Positions 47,796-58,511 are shown, numbered from the stretch's first letter. The stretch: 64,000 bases of DNA from Deltaproteobacteria bacterium (GCA_032128375.1 JAQBGU010000210.1:1-64000); one strand, 5' to 3'. The notes: generated by a model not told the origin, from the sequence alone. Numbers and translations: made by a program.

Positions 47796-48335
47796 GTGAC
47801 CGACATCGAGATCGAGATCGCTGAATACGACCCCAAGTGGGCGGTCGCCTATCAGCACGAGTTGGTCCGGCTTCGCAATGCTCTGGGAGAGATCGCGATC
47901 CGCATCGACCACGTCGGATCGACATCGATCCCCGGGATCTGCGCGAAGCCGGTCATCGATATCCAGATCTCCGTCGATACGCTCCACCCGATGGACCCAT
48001 ACCGCGAGCGGCTGGCGCAAGCCGGCTACCGACACCAGCCACACCCCGACGACGACAACTACCCGTTCTTTCACAAGCCTCACGACTGGCCGCATTCCCA
48101 CCACGTACACGTGTGTGTCGCACGCGGCACCAGGGAGAAACACCATCTGGCGTTTTGTTCATATCTTCGAGATCACGGGGATGCGGCAGCCGACTACGAG
48201 CAACTCAAGCGAAAGCTCGCCGGGATCCACAGCGCCAGCACGAGAGAGGCTCGCAACGCCTACTCGGCCGCCAAGTCCAGTTTCATCCACGATATCGTGA
48301 CGCGTGCTTTGGCCGAGGGTTATCCGCGGGACTGA
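47796..48335 (+). CDS. GrpB family protein
   Basis: YDPKW, IDHVGSTSIPGICAKPVIDIQI, HHVHV, YLRDH...YEQLK..LA, Y..AKSSFI; GTG start. Confidence 0.9.
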   Translation: MTDIEIEIAEYDPKWAVAYQHELVRLRNALGEIAIRIDHVGSTSIPGICAKPVIDIQISVDTLHPMDPYRERLAQAGYRHQPHPDDDNYPFFHKPHDWPHSHHVHVCVARGTREKHHLAFCSYLRDHGDAAADYEQLKRKLAGIHSASTREARNAYSAAKSSFIHDIVTRALAEGYPRD

Positions 48336-48376
48336 CGCAGCGCACACCACTTCCAGAGCAGAGTCGCTGGGCGTAT

Positions 48377-49054
48377 TCAATCCTCGAGAAGAGCGATGAA
48401 CTTCAACAGTGCCTCGTGGAACATCTTCGGCCGGTCGAGGTAGGCCGGATGGCGCGCACCCGGCAGGATCAGGACTTCCGCTTTCTCGAAACTCTGGGCC
48501 AGTACACCAGCTTGCGCCGGTGGAAAGAGATCGTCTTTTTCCCCCCAGATCACCAAAGTCGGTACCGGGCAGTTTTTCAATTTTCTTGCGTACTCGACAG
48601 ATCCAACCGGGGCGATCGGGACGAATCCAGCCACGCGATCCGGATGGTGCAAAACCAATGGAAAGCTGGCGCCACCGCTCATCGATGGTGAGACCACAAC
48701 CGCTCGATCGATCCCCAGGTAGTCGAGCAGTTCGACCCCGAACGACGACGGGTCGGTACGGCGCGACGGCGACTTTCCAAAACCGGGGAGATCGACTGCG
48801 ATGACCCGGTGACCTGCGTTCGCCAAAGCGTCGATCGTTCCGAGCTTCTGCCAGGTTTCCGAGTCGAACGCCGCACCGTGAAGCAGCAGGACCGGGCGCC
48901 CCGCTGCCGGTCCGGCTGTTATCCGGAACAACGGTGTACCCTGGAATTCCATCCGCTCCTCCAAGGCGCGCGACGGGCTGGCTGCGATCGACGCCAGCGC
49001 AGCGACCATCGCAGCGACTGTCGCTACGTGAATCGAACGAATCTGTCCATGCAT
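48377..49054 (-). CDS. Alpha/beta hydrolase, ABHD14-like
   Basis: LLLHGAAFDSETWQKLGT, AVDLPGFG, nucleophile motif SPSMSG, GEKD, RHPAYLD. Confidence 0.85.
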   Translation of the reverse strand: MHGQIRSIHVATVAAMVAALASIAASPSRALEERMEFQGTPLFRITAGPAAGRPVLLLHGAAFDSETWQKLGTIDALANAGHRVIAVDLPGFGKSPSRRTDPSSFGVELLDYLGIDRAVVVSPSMSGGASFPLVLHHPDRVAGFVPIAPVGSVEYARKLKNCPVPTLVIWGEKDDLFPPAQAGVLAQSFEKAEVLILPGARHPAYLDRPKMFHEALLKFIALLED

Positions 49055-49110
49055 CGCAGCCGAGTGTGGTCCCCAACGATCGGTCCCGCAAGCGGGGCTC
49101 CAGCAGGTCG

Positions 49111-50778
49111 TCAATCTTCGATGAAGTCGTTAGCGGAATCTCCGGTCAATACACCCTTCAAGACTTTCCCGGCGGCGTTGCGCGGGAGCGGTTGATGGCG
49201 CACCTCCCACAGCCCCGGAATCTTGTAGGGGGCCAGCGTTTCCGCGCAGTGGGCTCTCAACGCGTCGATTCGAATCGTCGCCCCTCGAGCGGGAACCACG
49301 ACCGCCTTCACTTCCTGGCCGAGCTCTTCATGCGGAATGCCGACGACGGCTGCTTCGGCGACGTCGGGGTGCGACTCCAGACGATGCTCGATCTCCACGG
49401 GATAGATGTTTTCCGCGCTGCGCAGGATCATGTCCCGCGCGCGCGAGTTCACATAGAGATGGCACTCTTCCAGCTTGCCGATGTCACCCGTTCGAAGCCA
49501 CCGGCCAGGCAATACGGTTTCGGCGGTCGCATCCGGACGGCCCCAGTATTCGAGCATGACGATCGGCCCTCGAATGTGGATTTCGCCCTGCTCCCCGTCC
49601 GGCAGCGCCCGTCCTGCCGAATCGCGAATTTCGATTTCGACCGTCGGAAGCGGGCGACCCACCGAATCCGGGCGCTCCGCCAAGAACTCGCCCCAGTTCA
49701 TCGTGGCCACGCCGGTGCACTCACTCAGCCCGTAGCCGAGCCCCATGTTTCCGCGCGCGTTCGGAAAGCCCACTTGCAGCCGCTGTTGAATCTGCTTGCT
49801 GACGGGTGCACCGCCGGAACCGAGTGAGCGGATACTCGATACATCGAAACGCCCGAATTCCGGGTGATTCAATACACGGAGCGCCATGCTGCCGAGTGGC
49901 GACCAGTGGGTCACCCGCTCGCGTTCGATCGTGCCGAGCACTTCGAGCGGGTCGAACCGGCCCACCATCCATACCGTCTTGAGCCCCGACGCGAGCATGC
50001 AGACCGCTCCCGAATACAAGCCGGAAAGATGAAAGAGCGGCGCATTGATCAAGTTGCAGACCGGTGCCTCATCGGGGCTCGGAGGTGCAGCGGCGCTGGC
50101 CGAAAGCATCCTCACGCGCAGGCCGTGAAACAACACCAGCGAGACGAACCCGAGAATGGCGCGATGGCTGTTGACGGCACCCTTGGGTCGACCCGTCGTG
50201 CCGCTCGTGTACAGGATGACCGCCGGGTCATCTTCGTCGATCGGCACGCTCGGCAATGCGACATCCGAGTCGCCCGCCAATTTTTCGAAATCGGATTCGA
50301 TCTCGATGACGGGCGCGCCGAGTTCAACGACGTCGACGCGCGCCAGGCGCTTGCGGTCGCCGACGATCAACTTGGGCTTGCAGTCGGCGATGCCATACAG
50401 AATCTCATCTCGGGTCCACCAGCCGTTCAGCCCCACAGCCACCGCGCCGAGGCTGACCGTGGCCCAGAAGCTGATGATCCACTCGGGGCAGTTCGCTGCG
50501 AGAATCGCGACCCGATCGCCCGGCTGCACGTCGTAGATTTCCCGAAATGCGCGAGCGACCGACGCGACTCTCGCTGCGTGGTCGGCGAACGTGAGACGCT
50601 GATCACCGCAGACGATGTACAGCTTGTCGCCGTGGTCTAGCGAGCGTTCGAGTAGCGCCCGCAGTGAGGGAGCCCGGTTCCGGAAGACCGTCATCGGCTC
50701 GCCGAGCACATTCTGATCGGTCGTCTCGAACGGGCCTCCAGTGCCGGTGAGTTTCGCTTCGATTTCTGCCAGATTCAT
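49111..50778 (-). CDS. Class I adenylate-forming enzyme (acyl-CoA synthetase)
   Basis: YTSGTTGRPKG, PLFHLSG, GYGLSE, WLRTGD, PRNAAGKV; ATG at 50778. Confidence 0.93.
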   Translation of the reverse strand: MNLAEIEAKLTGTGGPFETTDQNVLGEPMTVFRNRAPSLRALLERSLDHGDKLYIVCGDQRLTFADHAARVASVARAFREIYDVQPGDRVAILAANCPEWIISFWATVSLGAVAVGLNGWWTRDEILYGIADCKPKLIVGDRKRLARVDVVELGAPVIEIESDFEKLAGDSDVALPSVPIDEDDPAVILYTSGTTGRPKGAVNSHRAILGFVSLVLFHGLRVRMLSASAAAPPSPDEAPVCNLINAPLFHLSGLYSGAVCMLASGLKTVWMVGRFDPLEVLGTIERERVTHWSPLGSMALRVLNHPEFGRFDVSSIRSLGSGGAPVSKQIQQRLQVGFPNARGNMGLGYGLSECTGVATMNWGEFLAERPDSVGRPLPTVEIEIRDSAGRALPDGEQGEIHIRGPIVMLEYWGRPDATAETVLPGRWLRTGDIGKLEECHLYVNSRARDMILRSAENIYPVEIEHRLESHPDVAEAAVVGIPHEELGQEVKAVVVPARGATIRIDALRAHCAETLAPYKIPGLWEVRHQPLPRNAAGKVLKGVLTGDSANDFIED

Positions 50779-50909
50779 GTTCCGTCTTCTCGCGTGTTGT
50801 GTGCTGTTGAGAGCGGGTACTCTAGCCCGGCGCCGGCGAATCTCTTCGAGATTCTGCTCCGGCGGGATACGATCACGCAACGCACATTTCTTGAACCCCA
50901 CGCGGCCTG

Positions 50910-50969
50910 ATCCGCACACAGATGATCCGTACGAAGACAACCCGCGCAAAGACAATCCACACCAGAAAA
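50910..50969 (+). repeat. Degenerate 15-bp tandem repeat (4 copies) upstream of the CoA-transferase gene
   Basis: atccgcacacagatg / atccgtacgaagaca / acccgcgcaaagaca / atccacaccagaaaa. Confidence 0.55.
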
Positions 50970-50981
50970 GGGACGTCACTG

Positions 50982-53366
50982 ATGGGACCGCTTACCGGAA
51001 TCCGCGTCGTCGATCTTGCAGACGAGAAGGGCGAGTTGTGTGGTCGCCTGCTCGCAGAGTGGGGTGCAGATGTCGTCCGCGTGGAGCCGCCGCAGGGGGC
51101 TGTCTCTCGACGACTTCCGCCGTTCGCCGCCGACGGCAAAACGAGTCTGTACTTCGCGGTTCGCAACGCGGGCAAGCGCGGGATCGTCCTCGACCTCACG
51201 AGCGCCGACGGGCAGCGGGAATTGCACACCTTGTTGGACGAAGCGGACATCCTCGTCGAATCGAGCCAGCCCGCAGAACGGTCCCGATTTGGACTCGATC
51301 CGGTCGCACTCGTCCAACGGCATCCTCACCTCGTCGTCACTTCGATCACAGACTTCGGCCAGACGGGTCCCTACCGCGACTACCAGGGAACCGACATGAT
51401 CGGTTTCGCTATGAGCGGCATGATGCATCGCGCCGGTGTTGCGGAGCGGCCGCCTGTCGTTGCGCCTGGAGCACTCGCCTACGACTGCGGTGGCATCACG
51501 GCCACTTATGCATCGCTGCTCGCGTACTTCAAGCGATTGCAAACCGGTCGCGGCCAGCATATGGATGTCAGCATCTACGAATCTGCAGCCAACCTGTCGG
51601 ATTGGGCGCTTCCCAACTATTCCAGGTCTCCGCAGATCGGCATACGCGCCGGCGCAGGGATTTACACGCTGTACCGCTGTGCGGACGGCTGGGTGCGAAT
51701 GATCATTCTCGTTCAACACCACTGGCGTGCGCTACTCGATTGGATCGGGAACCCCGAAGAGCTGATGGACCCCGCGCTCGACCATTTCATTGCGCGACTG
51801 ATGAAACTGGACGTCATCAAGCCGTATCTGGAAGCGTTCTTTTCCAATCAAACCAAGATCGCTGTCGCGCGCGAGGCGCAGGCTCGGGGGATCCCGGCTA
51901 CGCCGCTGCTTGCGCCTGCCGAGGTCATCGAAAACGAACATTGCGTAGCGCGCGCCACGTTCGAAAAACTCGAGGTCGCCGAAGGGCTCGTCGCGATGGC
52001 GCCGATTGGCTTCGTATCGATCGATGGCGAGCGAGCGAGCGCGCCGGTTCGCCCGCCACGCCTGGACGAGCACCGCGCGCAGGCGTGGTCCGAACCCGTT
52101 CGCAGCCTGCTGCCGGATTCACCGCCGACTCGGTCTTCGGACGAATTTCCGCTGCGCGGATTGCGGGTACTCGACTTCGGGGTCGGCGCCGTTGGCGTCG
52201 AGGTCGGCCGCCTGCTGGCCGAATACGGCGCTGATGTCATCAAGATCGAGAGTCGTAAGGCTCCGGATTTCATCCGCATCATCATGGGCGGGTTCATGAA
52301 TGCGAACTTCGCGTCGTCGAGCCGATCCAAGCGCTGCTTGGGCGTAGACCTGAAGACCGAACAGGGGCGTGATCTCGTGCGTCGCTTGGCGGAATGGGCT
52401 GATGTCGCTATCGAGAACAACGGAGCCGGTGTGATGAGCCGGCTGGGCCTCGACTACGAAGCCCTGGCACAGATCAATCCCAGGATCGTGATGTTCTCGA
52501 GCCAAATCGTCGGCTCGTTTGGACCGTGGAAGGATTGGATCGGGTACGGGCCCAGCACGCACGCCGTCAGCGGACTGCAGTGGCTTTGGAACTACCCTGA
52601 AGATGTCGATCGGCCGGCGGGCTCGACCAATGTGTATCCCGACCACTTCGTCGGTCGCGTGGGAGCCGCCGCCGTGATCGCGGGTTTGATCCAACGCTGC
52701 CGCAGTGGTCGAGGCATGCATACAGATGCAGCGCAATTCGAAAGCGTGATCCAATTGCTAGGCGACCTGTTTGCAAAGGAATCGCTGTCTCCGGGCTCAG
52801 TAGGTCCACAGGGAAACGCCAGCGAACGTGGCGCGCCTTGGGGAGTGTATCGATGCGCGGGTGAGGATGAGTGGTGCGTCATCAATGTGCGAAACGATGA
52901 CGAGTGGCGTGCGCTCATCGATGTATTGGGCCGACCCGATTGGGCTTGTGACGATCGTTATGTGGCTGCGGTAGGACGATTGGCGGAACGAAAAGCCATC
53001 GACTCGTCGCTCGAGAGCTGGACTGCCACGCACTCAGCACGCGAGGTGATGCAGGCCTTACAAAGCGCAGGCGTACCGGCTGGAATGGTTCAGCACGCCG
53101 GCCATCACCTCGAAGACCCTCATCTGCGTGCGCGCGGCTACCTGCGCAAGCTCGACCAACCCGCGCTGGGTCCGATCGTACTGGAGGGAGCCGCATTCCA
53201 CGGTAGCGATCTACCCGACTCGATCGTCGAGCCCGCCCCGCTTCTCGGCCAGCATACGCGCAGTATCTGTCAGGAGATCCTCGAGCTCTCGGCCGACCAG
53301 ATCGAGGATCTCGTCCAAGCCGGAGTCCTCGAGGACCCTCCGGACGCGGGCTCCCCCGACGCCTGA
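50982..53366 (+). CDS. Tandem-domain CoA-transferase family III (CaiB/BaiF) protein
   Basis: Two repeats: GPLTGIRVVDL...GADVVRVEPP...GKR and PLRGLRVLDF...GADVIKIES...SKR; C-terminal APLLGQHT. Confidence 0.92.
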   Translation: MGPLTGIRVVDLADEKGELCGRLLAEWGADVVRVEPPQGAVSRRLPPFAADGKTSLYFAVRNAGKRGIVLDLTSADGQRELHTLLDEADILVESSQPAERSRFGLDPVALVQRHPHLVVTSITDFGQTGPYRDYQGTDMIGFAMSGMMHRAGVAERPPVVAPGALAYDCGGITATYASLLAYFKRLQTGRGQHMDVSIYESAANLSDWALPNYSRSPQIGIRAGAGIYTLYRCADGWVRMIILVQHHWRALLDWIGNPEELMDPALDHFIARLMKLDVIKPYLEAFFSNQTKIAVAREAQARGIPATPLLAPAEVIENEHCVARATFEKLEVAEGLVAMAPIGFVSIDGERASAPVRPPRLDEHRAQAWSEPVRSLLPDSPPTRSSDEFPLRGLRVLDFGVGAVGVEVGRLLAEYGADVIKIESRKAPDFIRIIMGGFMNANFASSSRSKRCLGVDLKTEQGRDLVRRLAEWADVAIENNGAGVMSRLGLDYEALAQINPRIVMFSSQIVGSFGPWKDWIGYGPSTHAVSGLQWLWNYPEDVDRPAGSTNVYPDHFVGRVGAAAVIAGLIQRCRSGRGMHTDAAQFESVIQLLGDLFAKESLSPGSVGPQGNASERGAPWGVYRCAGEDEWCVINVRNDDEWRALIDVLGRPDWACDDRYVAAVGRLAERKAIDSSLESWTATHSAREVMQALQSAGVPAGMVQHAGHHLEDPHLRARGYLRKLDQPALGPIVLEGAAFHGSDLPDSIVEPAPLLGQHTRSICQEILELSADQIEDLVQAGVLEDPPDAGSPDA

Positions 53367-53433
53367 TGCCCGCAACCCGAAACTGCCACGTTTCGATTCG
53401 CCCGATCGGTACCCTCGAGGTGCAGAACCTCTG

Positions 53434-55410
53434 ATGTGTGGAATCGCCGGATTCATCGCGCCGGGCGAACACACCGACGCGCCGACGCTCGAGAGGTCTG
53501 CGCTGCGCATGGCAGATGCCCTCGTGTCGCGCGGGCCAGACGACCGCGGCGCGTGGGTCGACGCTTCAGTCGGCGTGGCTCTGGGGCACCGTCGACTAGC
53601 CATCGTCGACCTTTCGCCGCACGGCGCGCAGCCGATGGCGTCGGCCTGCGGGCGCTACGTCATCGCCTACAATGGCGAGATCTACGACGCGCGCGAATTG
53701 CGCGACGAACTGCGCGCGCTGGGTGGTGCCTTTCGCGGCCATTCCGACACCGAGGTGCTGGTGGAAGCGATCAGCCGCTTCGGGGTCGACGAGGCGGTTC
53801 GCCGCTGCAACGGCATGTTCGCGTTCGCCGTCTGGGATCGCCGCGAGCGCACCCTCACGCTTGCGCGTGATCGCCTCGGAAAGAAGCCGCTCTACTACGG
53901 CCGAAGTGCCGGACGCTTTGTATTCGCGTCGGAGCTCAAGGCGCTGTGTAGCGCGCCGGACTTCGAGGCAGTCGTCGACCGCGACGCTTTGGCGTTATTC
54001 GTCCGCTTCTCCTACGTGCCAGCGCCCTTCTGCATCTACCGCGGTCTCCACAAGCTTCCACCGGGATCACTACTCACCATTCGCGCCGACGGCACACCGG
54101 ACGAGGCGGGACCGCGCGCGTTCTGGTCAGTGCGCGAGACAGCGGAGTCCGCCGCTCGGCGGCCCTACGAATGCAGCGACGGCGAAGCGACCGACGCCCT
54201 CGAGGCGCTGCTGTGCGATGCAGTCGAGCGCCGAATGGTGGCCGACGTTGCGGTGGGTGCAACCCTTTCCGGTGGCATTGACTCATCAACCGTTGTGGCA
54301 CTGATGGGGCGGACCCAGCCAGGCCGCGTGCGCACGTTCTCGATTGGATACGACGATCCGCAGTTCGACGAGGCAGAGCACGCGAAGGCAATCGCGAGAC
54401 ATCTGGGCACAGAGCACACGGAACTCATCGTGACGCATCGCGACGCGCTGGATGTGATTCCGCGACTCCCCGAGTTGTACGACGAACCGTTCGCCGACAC
54501 TTCGCAGATCCCGACCGCATTGGTCTGCCGAATGGCGCGGCGCGACGTAGTGGTCGCACTCTCGGGCGACGGCGGTGACGAGCTGTTCGCTGGCTACGAC
54601 CGCTACTTCGCGGTGCTCGAGCACTGGCCGGGGATCGAGCGGATCCCGGCGGCACTGCGCGGCGTCGCGAGCAGCACGGGGCTCGCTTGCGCCCGCTGGG
54701 GGTGGCGGGTCGCAAGCGGCGCCCCGCGATCCGCGCTCGCGTACGGGGGCAAGCTCGAGCGCAACGCAGAGCGACTCGCTGCCACCAGCTTAGAGGACTA
54801 CTACATGCGTCGGGCATCCCGTTGCGTGGACCCCGGCGAATTCGTGGTGCGCGGCACCGCACCGTCCATTCCGCTCACCGATGCGTCCGCCTGGGCCGCG
54901 ATCGCGGACCCGCTACAGCGGATGATGACGACAGACCTCGCCTGCAACCTGCCGGACCAGTTCCTCGTCAAGCTCGATCGCGCCAGCATGAGTGAGAGTC
55001 TGGAGGTGCGCAGCCCGCTGCTCGATCATCGGCTGGTCGAGTTCAGCCTTCACCTCCCGCGGCACCTCAAGGTTCGCGGTGGCGAGCGCAAGTGGTTGCT
55101 GCGTCAGGTATTGGATCGCTACGTACCGCGCACGCTCAGCGAGCGCCCGAAGCAGGGTTTCAGCGCGCCCGTGGATGAATGGCTGCGCGGACCGCTTCGG
55201 GATTGGGCAGAGGCGCTGCTCGACGAACGCAGGCTCCGCGATGAAGGCTACCTGCAAGCACAGGCGGTGCGTCGTATCTGGCAGCAACATCTCGCCGGCT
55301 GGCGAAACCACCGATTCCTGCTCTGGAACTTCCTGATGTTCCAGGCCTGGCTCGAGCAGACGCAGCAGAGCGCTGTGGAACACAGGAGCCATTCGGCTGG
55401 TGCGATCTAA
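53434..55410 (+). CDS. asnB: Asparagine synthase (glutamine-hydrolysing) family amidotransferase
   Basis: MCGIAG N-terminus, RGPDD, GHRRLAIVDLS, YNGEIY, LSGGIDSS, SGDGGDELFAGY, KLDRASM..SLEVRSP. Confidence 0.95.
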   Translation: MCGIAGFIAPGEHTDAPTLERSALRMADALVSRGPDDRGAWVDASVGVALGHRRLAIVDLSPHGAQPMASACGRYVIAYNGEIYDARELRDELRALGGAFRGHSDTEVLVEAISRFGVDEAVRRCNGMFAFAVWDRRERTLTLARDRLGKKPLYYGRSAGRFVFASELKALCSAPDFEAVVDRDALALFVRFSYVPAPFCIYRGLHKLPPGSLLTIRADGTPDEAGPRAFWSVRETAESAARRPYECSDGEATDALEALLCDAVERRMVADVAVGATLSGGIDSSTVVALMGRTQPGRVRTFSIGYDDPQFDEAEHAKAIARHLGTEHTELIVTHRDALDVIPRLPELYDEPFADTSQIPTALVCRMARRDVVVALSGDGGDELFAGYDRYFAVLEHWPGIERIPAALRGVASSTGLACARWGWRVASGAPRSALAYGGKLERNAERLAATSLEDYYMRRASRCVDPGEFVVRGTAPSIPLTDASAWAAIADPLQRMMTTDLACNLPDQFLVKLDRASMSESLEVRSPLLDHRLVEFSLHLPRHLKVRGGERKWLLRQVLDRYVPRTLSERPKQGFSAPVDEWLRGPLRDWAEALLDERRLRDEGYLQAQAVRRIWQQHLAGWRNHRFLLWNFLMFQAWLEQTQQSAVEHRSHSAGAI

Positions 55411-55455
55411 CGAGTATCATGAGCAGTCGCCAATCGGACGGACATCCAGATCTTC

Positions 55456-56688
55456 ATGTCGACGACACGCAACCAAGCTCCGCGAATAGCACTGTTCATC
55501 GCCGACCTCGAGGGTGGCGGCGCCCAGCGCAAGATGGTCACCCTGGCGAATGCGTTCGCAGAGCGCGGTCATCCGGTCGACCTTGTGGTCGTCGACGATG
55601 GGGGGATTCTCACCAACGAGCTGGCTGCCGGGGTTCGACTGCTGCCGCTGAAAGGCTGGTGGTCTCAGGCCAAATGGATCGATGCGAAAAAGCGCCGGCG
55701 GGCGCTCGCGTGCGTACCCAAGCTCGCCCAGTATCTGCGTCGCGAGCGTCCAGCGGCGCTCATGTCCACCTCGCACTCCGTCAACGTCGCCGCCGTCGCA
55801 GCCACGCGGCTCGCCCGCTCGACGACTCGGCTCGTGCTGCGAATCGACAGCCAGCTGAGTCGCGCGCCCGAACTCTCCGGGACTCGCACGCAGAATCGGC
55901 GGTTGCGACGCGCGCAGCGATTCTTCACCAACGCCGATCACATCATCGCAATCTCTCACGGAGTCGCAGAAGACCTGCTGGCACAGCTCGACTATCCCCG
56001 CGAACGCGTCACCGCGATTCACAATCCGATACCACTCGCGCAACTCGAGAAGGACGCACGGCAACCCCATCCGCACCCCTGGCTCGCGTCTCCGGGACCG
56101 CCCGTGGTTCTCAGCGTCGGGCGACTCGTGAAGCAGAAGGACTTCGGCACGCTGGTTCGCGCCTTCGCCCGGGTACGGCGCAGCATCGATGCGCGACTGC
56201 TGATTTTGGGTGAAGGTACGGAACGAGCCGGGTTGGAGGCGATGATCCGGGAACTCGACATCGAACGCGACGTCGATCTCCCCGGCTTCGATCGGAATCC
56301 CGCCGCCGCCATGGCCCGCGCCAACGTCTTCGTGCTCTGCTCCGCTTGGGAGGGATTCGGAAACGTGATCGTCGAGGCCATGGCGTGTGGCTGCGCGGTG
56401 GTGAGCACGGACTGCAACAGCGGCCCTCGCGAGATCCTGAAGGACGGGCGATTGGGATCGCTCGTCCCAGTAGGCGATGACGAGGCGCTGGCCGCGTCCA
56501 TCATCACGACACTCGGGCAATCGTCGTCATCGGCATCGTTGGTCGAGCGTGCCGGCGATTTCGCGGTCGATCGCATCGCAGAGCGCTATCTCGACGTCTT
56601 GCTGGACAGACCGCGGGTCGATCGCTGCGCGGGTCAACTCCCCTCGAGCGGAGCGAGGTCAGTCTGCAGCGCCACCAGCTCACTGTAA
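55456..56688 (+). CDS. Glycosyltransferase family 4
   Basis: GGGAQR, VGRLVKQKD, EGFGNVIVEAMACG. Confidence 0.93.
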   Translation: MSTTRNQAPRIALFIADLEGGGAQRKMVTLANAFAERGHPVDLVVVDDGGILTNELAAGVRLLPLKGWWSQAKWIDAKKRRRALACVPKLAQYLRRERPAALMSTSHSVNVAAVAATRLARSTTRLVLRIDSQLSRAPELSGTRTQNRRLRRAQRFFTNADHIIAISHGVAEDLLAQLDYPRERVTAIHNPIPLAQLEKDARQPHPHPWLASPGPPVVLSVGRLVKQKDFGTLVRAFARVRRSIDARLLILGEGTERAGLEAMIRELDIERDVDLPGFDRNPAAAMARANVFVLCSAWEGFGNVIVEAMACGCAVVSTDCNSGPREILKDGRLGSLVPVGDDEALAASIITTLGQSSSSASLVERAGDFAVDRIAERYLDVLLDRPRVDRCAGQLPSSGARSVCSATSSL

Positions 56689-58511
56689 AGACGGCCCGAC
56701 TGCAACAGCTCCTCGTGGGTTCCCACTTCCGAAACGGATCCATCCTCGAGCATCACGATACGATCCGCGCGCCTGATAGTAGACAGCCGATGCGCGATCA
56801 CGAGCACGATTCGGTTGGCACGCATGGCGTCGATGGCGTCGTGGACGATGCGCTCGGTCTTCGCATCGAGGGCACTGGTGGCCTCATCGAGAATGAAGAT
56901 GGCCGGGTTCTTCAGCATCGCCCGCGCGATCGTGATGCGCTGACGTTGTCCACCCGAAAGGCGCATGCCGAACTCACCCACCTCGGTGTCATAGCCGTCG
57001 GGGAGCTGGTCGACGAACTCGTCGACATGAGCAGCGCGCGCAGCATCGAGGATAGCCTCTTCGCTGGCATCCCGGCGGCCGTAGCGGATATTTTCGCGGA
57101 TCGTCGTGTCGAATAGAAAGGGCTCCTGACTGACGACGGCGGTCAGGTCGAGGACGGACTCGCGCGTCAACCGCCGTAGATCGACACCATCGATTTCGAT
57201 TGATCCCTCGTCGGGTTCGTTGAAGCGCTGCAGCAGGTCGACGAGCGTCGTCTTCCCGCTGCCCGTCCTTCCGACGACGGCGACGACCTGGCCCCGCTGA
57301 AGTTCCAGCGACACGTTCTCGAGGACCTGCTGGTCTCCGTACCGGAAGCTTACGTTTCGAAAGCGGATCCGCTCGCGCACCCCATCGATCGCAACCGCGT
57401 CCGGCGGGTTTTCGACGTCCTCCGGTGTGTCGAGAATCTCGAAGAATCGCTCCGCGGACGCCACCGATTCCACGATCTCATTCCAACCGGACGCCACGAC
57501 CTTGAGCGGCTTGGTGGTCGTCATGAGCACCGCACCGAACGCGACGAGGTCGCCCGCCGAGATCCCCCACCGACCGTTCATGAGCAGGATGGCGCCGAGT
57601 CCGAGGACCCCGACCACGAGCAGGCTGTTCACCATCTCGACGAGCGCCTTGGATCCGATCCGGTTGCGCGACGCCTTAAGGACGCGCTTGAACAGTCGCT
57701 CTGTTTCGCGGCGAAAGACCGCGTTCTCGACATCCTCACCGCGGAAAGCCTTGATGACCTTGATCCCGGACAGGATCGTCATCAAACGTTGCGTCACCTC
57801 GCCCATCTGTTCTTGGCGCCGCTTCGCGCTGCGGCGAATCGGATTCGAAAACACCACCAGCACAAAAGCGACAGCGGGCGCCGCCACCATCGACACGCCG
57901 GCGAGAGCCGGTGAGATGATGAACAGAGTCGTGAGCCCGATCAGGACCATCACGACCGATTCGAGCATGTTCGAGAGGGTCAGCTCGATCGCCTTCTGGT
58001 TGATCGAGACGTCTCCGAGGATTCGAGACAGGGTGTCGCCACTTCCCGCCTCCCGGTGAAAGGAAAGTGGCAATGCCAATAGTTTCACGGCCAGCTCGCG
58101 CCGGATGTCGACGCCGATTCTGCCCTGCACGTATTGCATCAGATAGGCGTGTCCAAACATCCCGATCGGCCCGATCAGAATGATCAGTAGCGCAGCACCG
58201 ATGATGCGCTGAAAGCGAGCGTCCATCAGCGAGATCGGGGCGCTCGCCTCGCTGACGGGTTTGCTCTGATGCTCAGGAAGATTCGCGGTCGCGAGTGGCG
58301 ACGCGGTTGCGTCGGATTCCACGCCCTGTTCTGCGGTAACGACCGGAAGAATGATCTCGTCGAGAAGCGGCTTCATCAGAAAGGCGCGCCCGTGCCGAGC
58401 GGCGGCGAACAGGACCACGAACAACGTGGCGGCGATGATGATCGCCAGGTAAGGCCGCGCGTAGCCCCCGAGTCGCTTGAGGATCTGCTTGATCGACTTT
58501 GCGTCTGCCAT
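56634..58511 (-). CDS. ABC exporter, MsbA-like (TMD + NBD)
   Basis: TM domain; Walker A GRTGSGKTT, signature LSGGQRQR, Walker B ILDEATS, AHRLST. Confidence 0.93.
   Translation of the reverse strand: MADAKSIKQILKRLGGYARPYLAIIIAATLFVVLFAAARHGRAFLMKPLLDEIILPVVTAEQGVESDATASPLATANLPEHQSKPVSEASAPISLMDARFQRIIGAALLIILIGPIGMFGHAYLMQYVQGRIGVDIRRELAVKLLALPLSFHREAGSGDTLSRILGDVSINQKAIELTLSNMLESVVMVLIGLTTLFIISPALAGVSMVAAPAVAFVLVVFSNPIRRSAKRRQEQMGEVTQRLMTILSGIKVIKAFRGEDVENAVFRRETERLFKRVLKASRNRIGSKALVEMVNSLLVVGVLGLGAILLMNGRWGISAGDLVAFGAVLMTTTKPLKVVASGWNEIVESVASAERFFEILDTPEDVENPPDAVAIDGVRERIRFRNVSFRYGDQQVLENVSLELQRGQVVAVVGRTGSGKTTLVDLLQRFNEPDEGSIEIDGVDLRRLTRESVLDLTAVVSQEPFLFDTTIRENIRYGRRDASEEAILDAARAAHVDEFVDQLPDGYDTEVGEFGMRLSGGQRQRITIARAMLKNPAIFILDEATSALDAKTERIVHDAIDAMRANRIVLVIAHRLSTIRRADRIVMLEDGSVSEVGTHEELLQSGRLYSELVALQTDLAPLEGS

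Noticed and set aside
47604..47799. Short plus-strand frame ending in a GTGA overlap with grpB
   Set aside because: No recognisable motif or clear RBS; could be a remnant but is unsupported.
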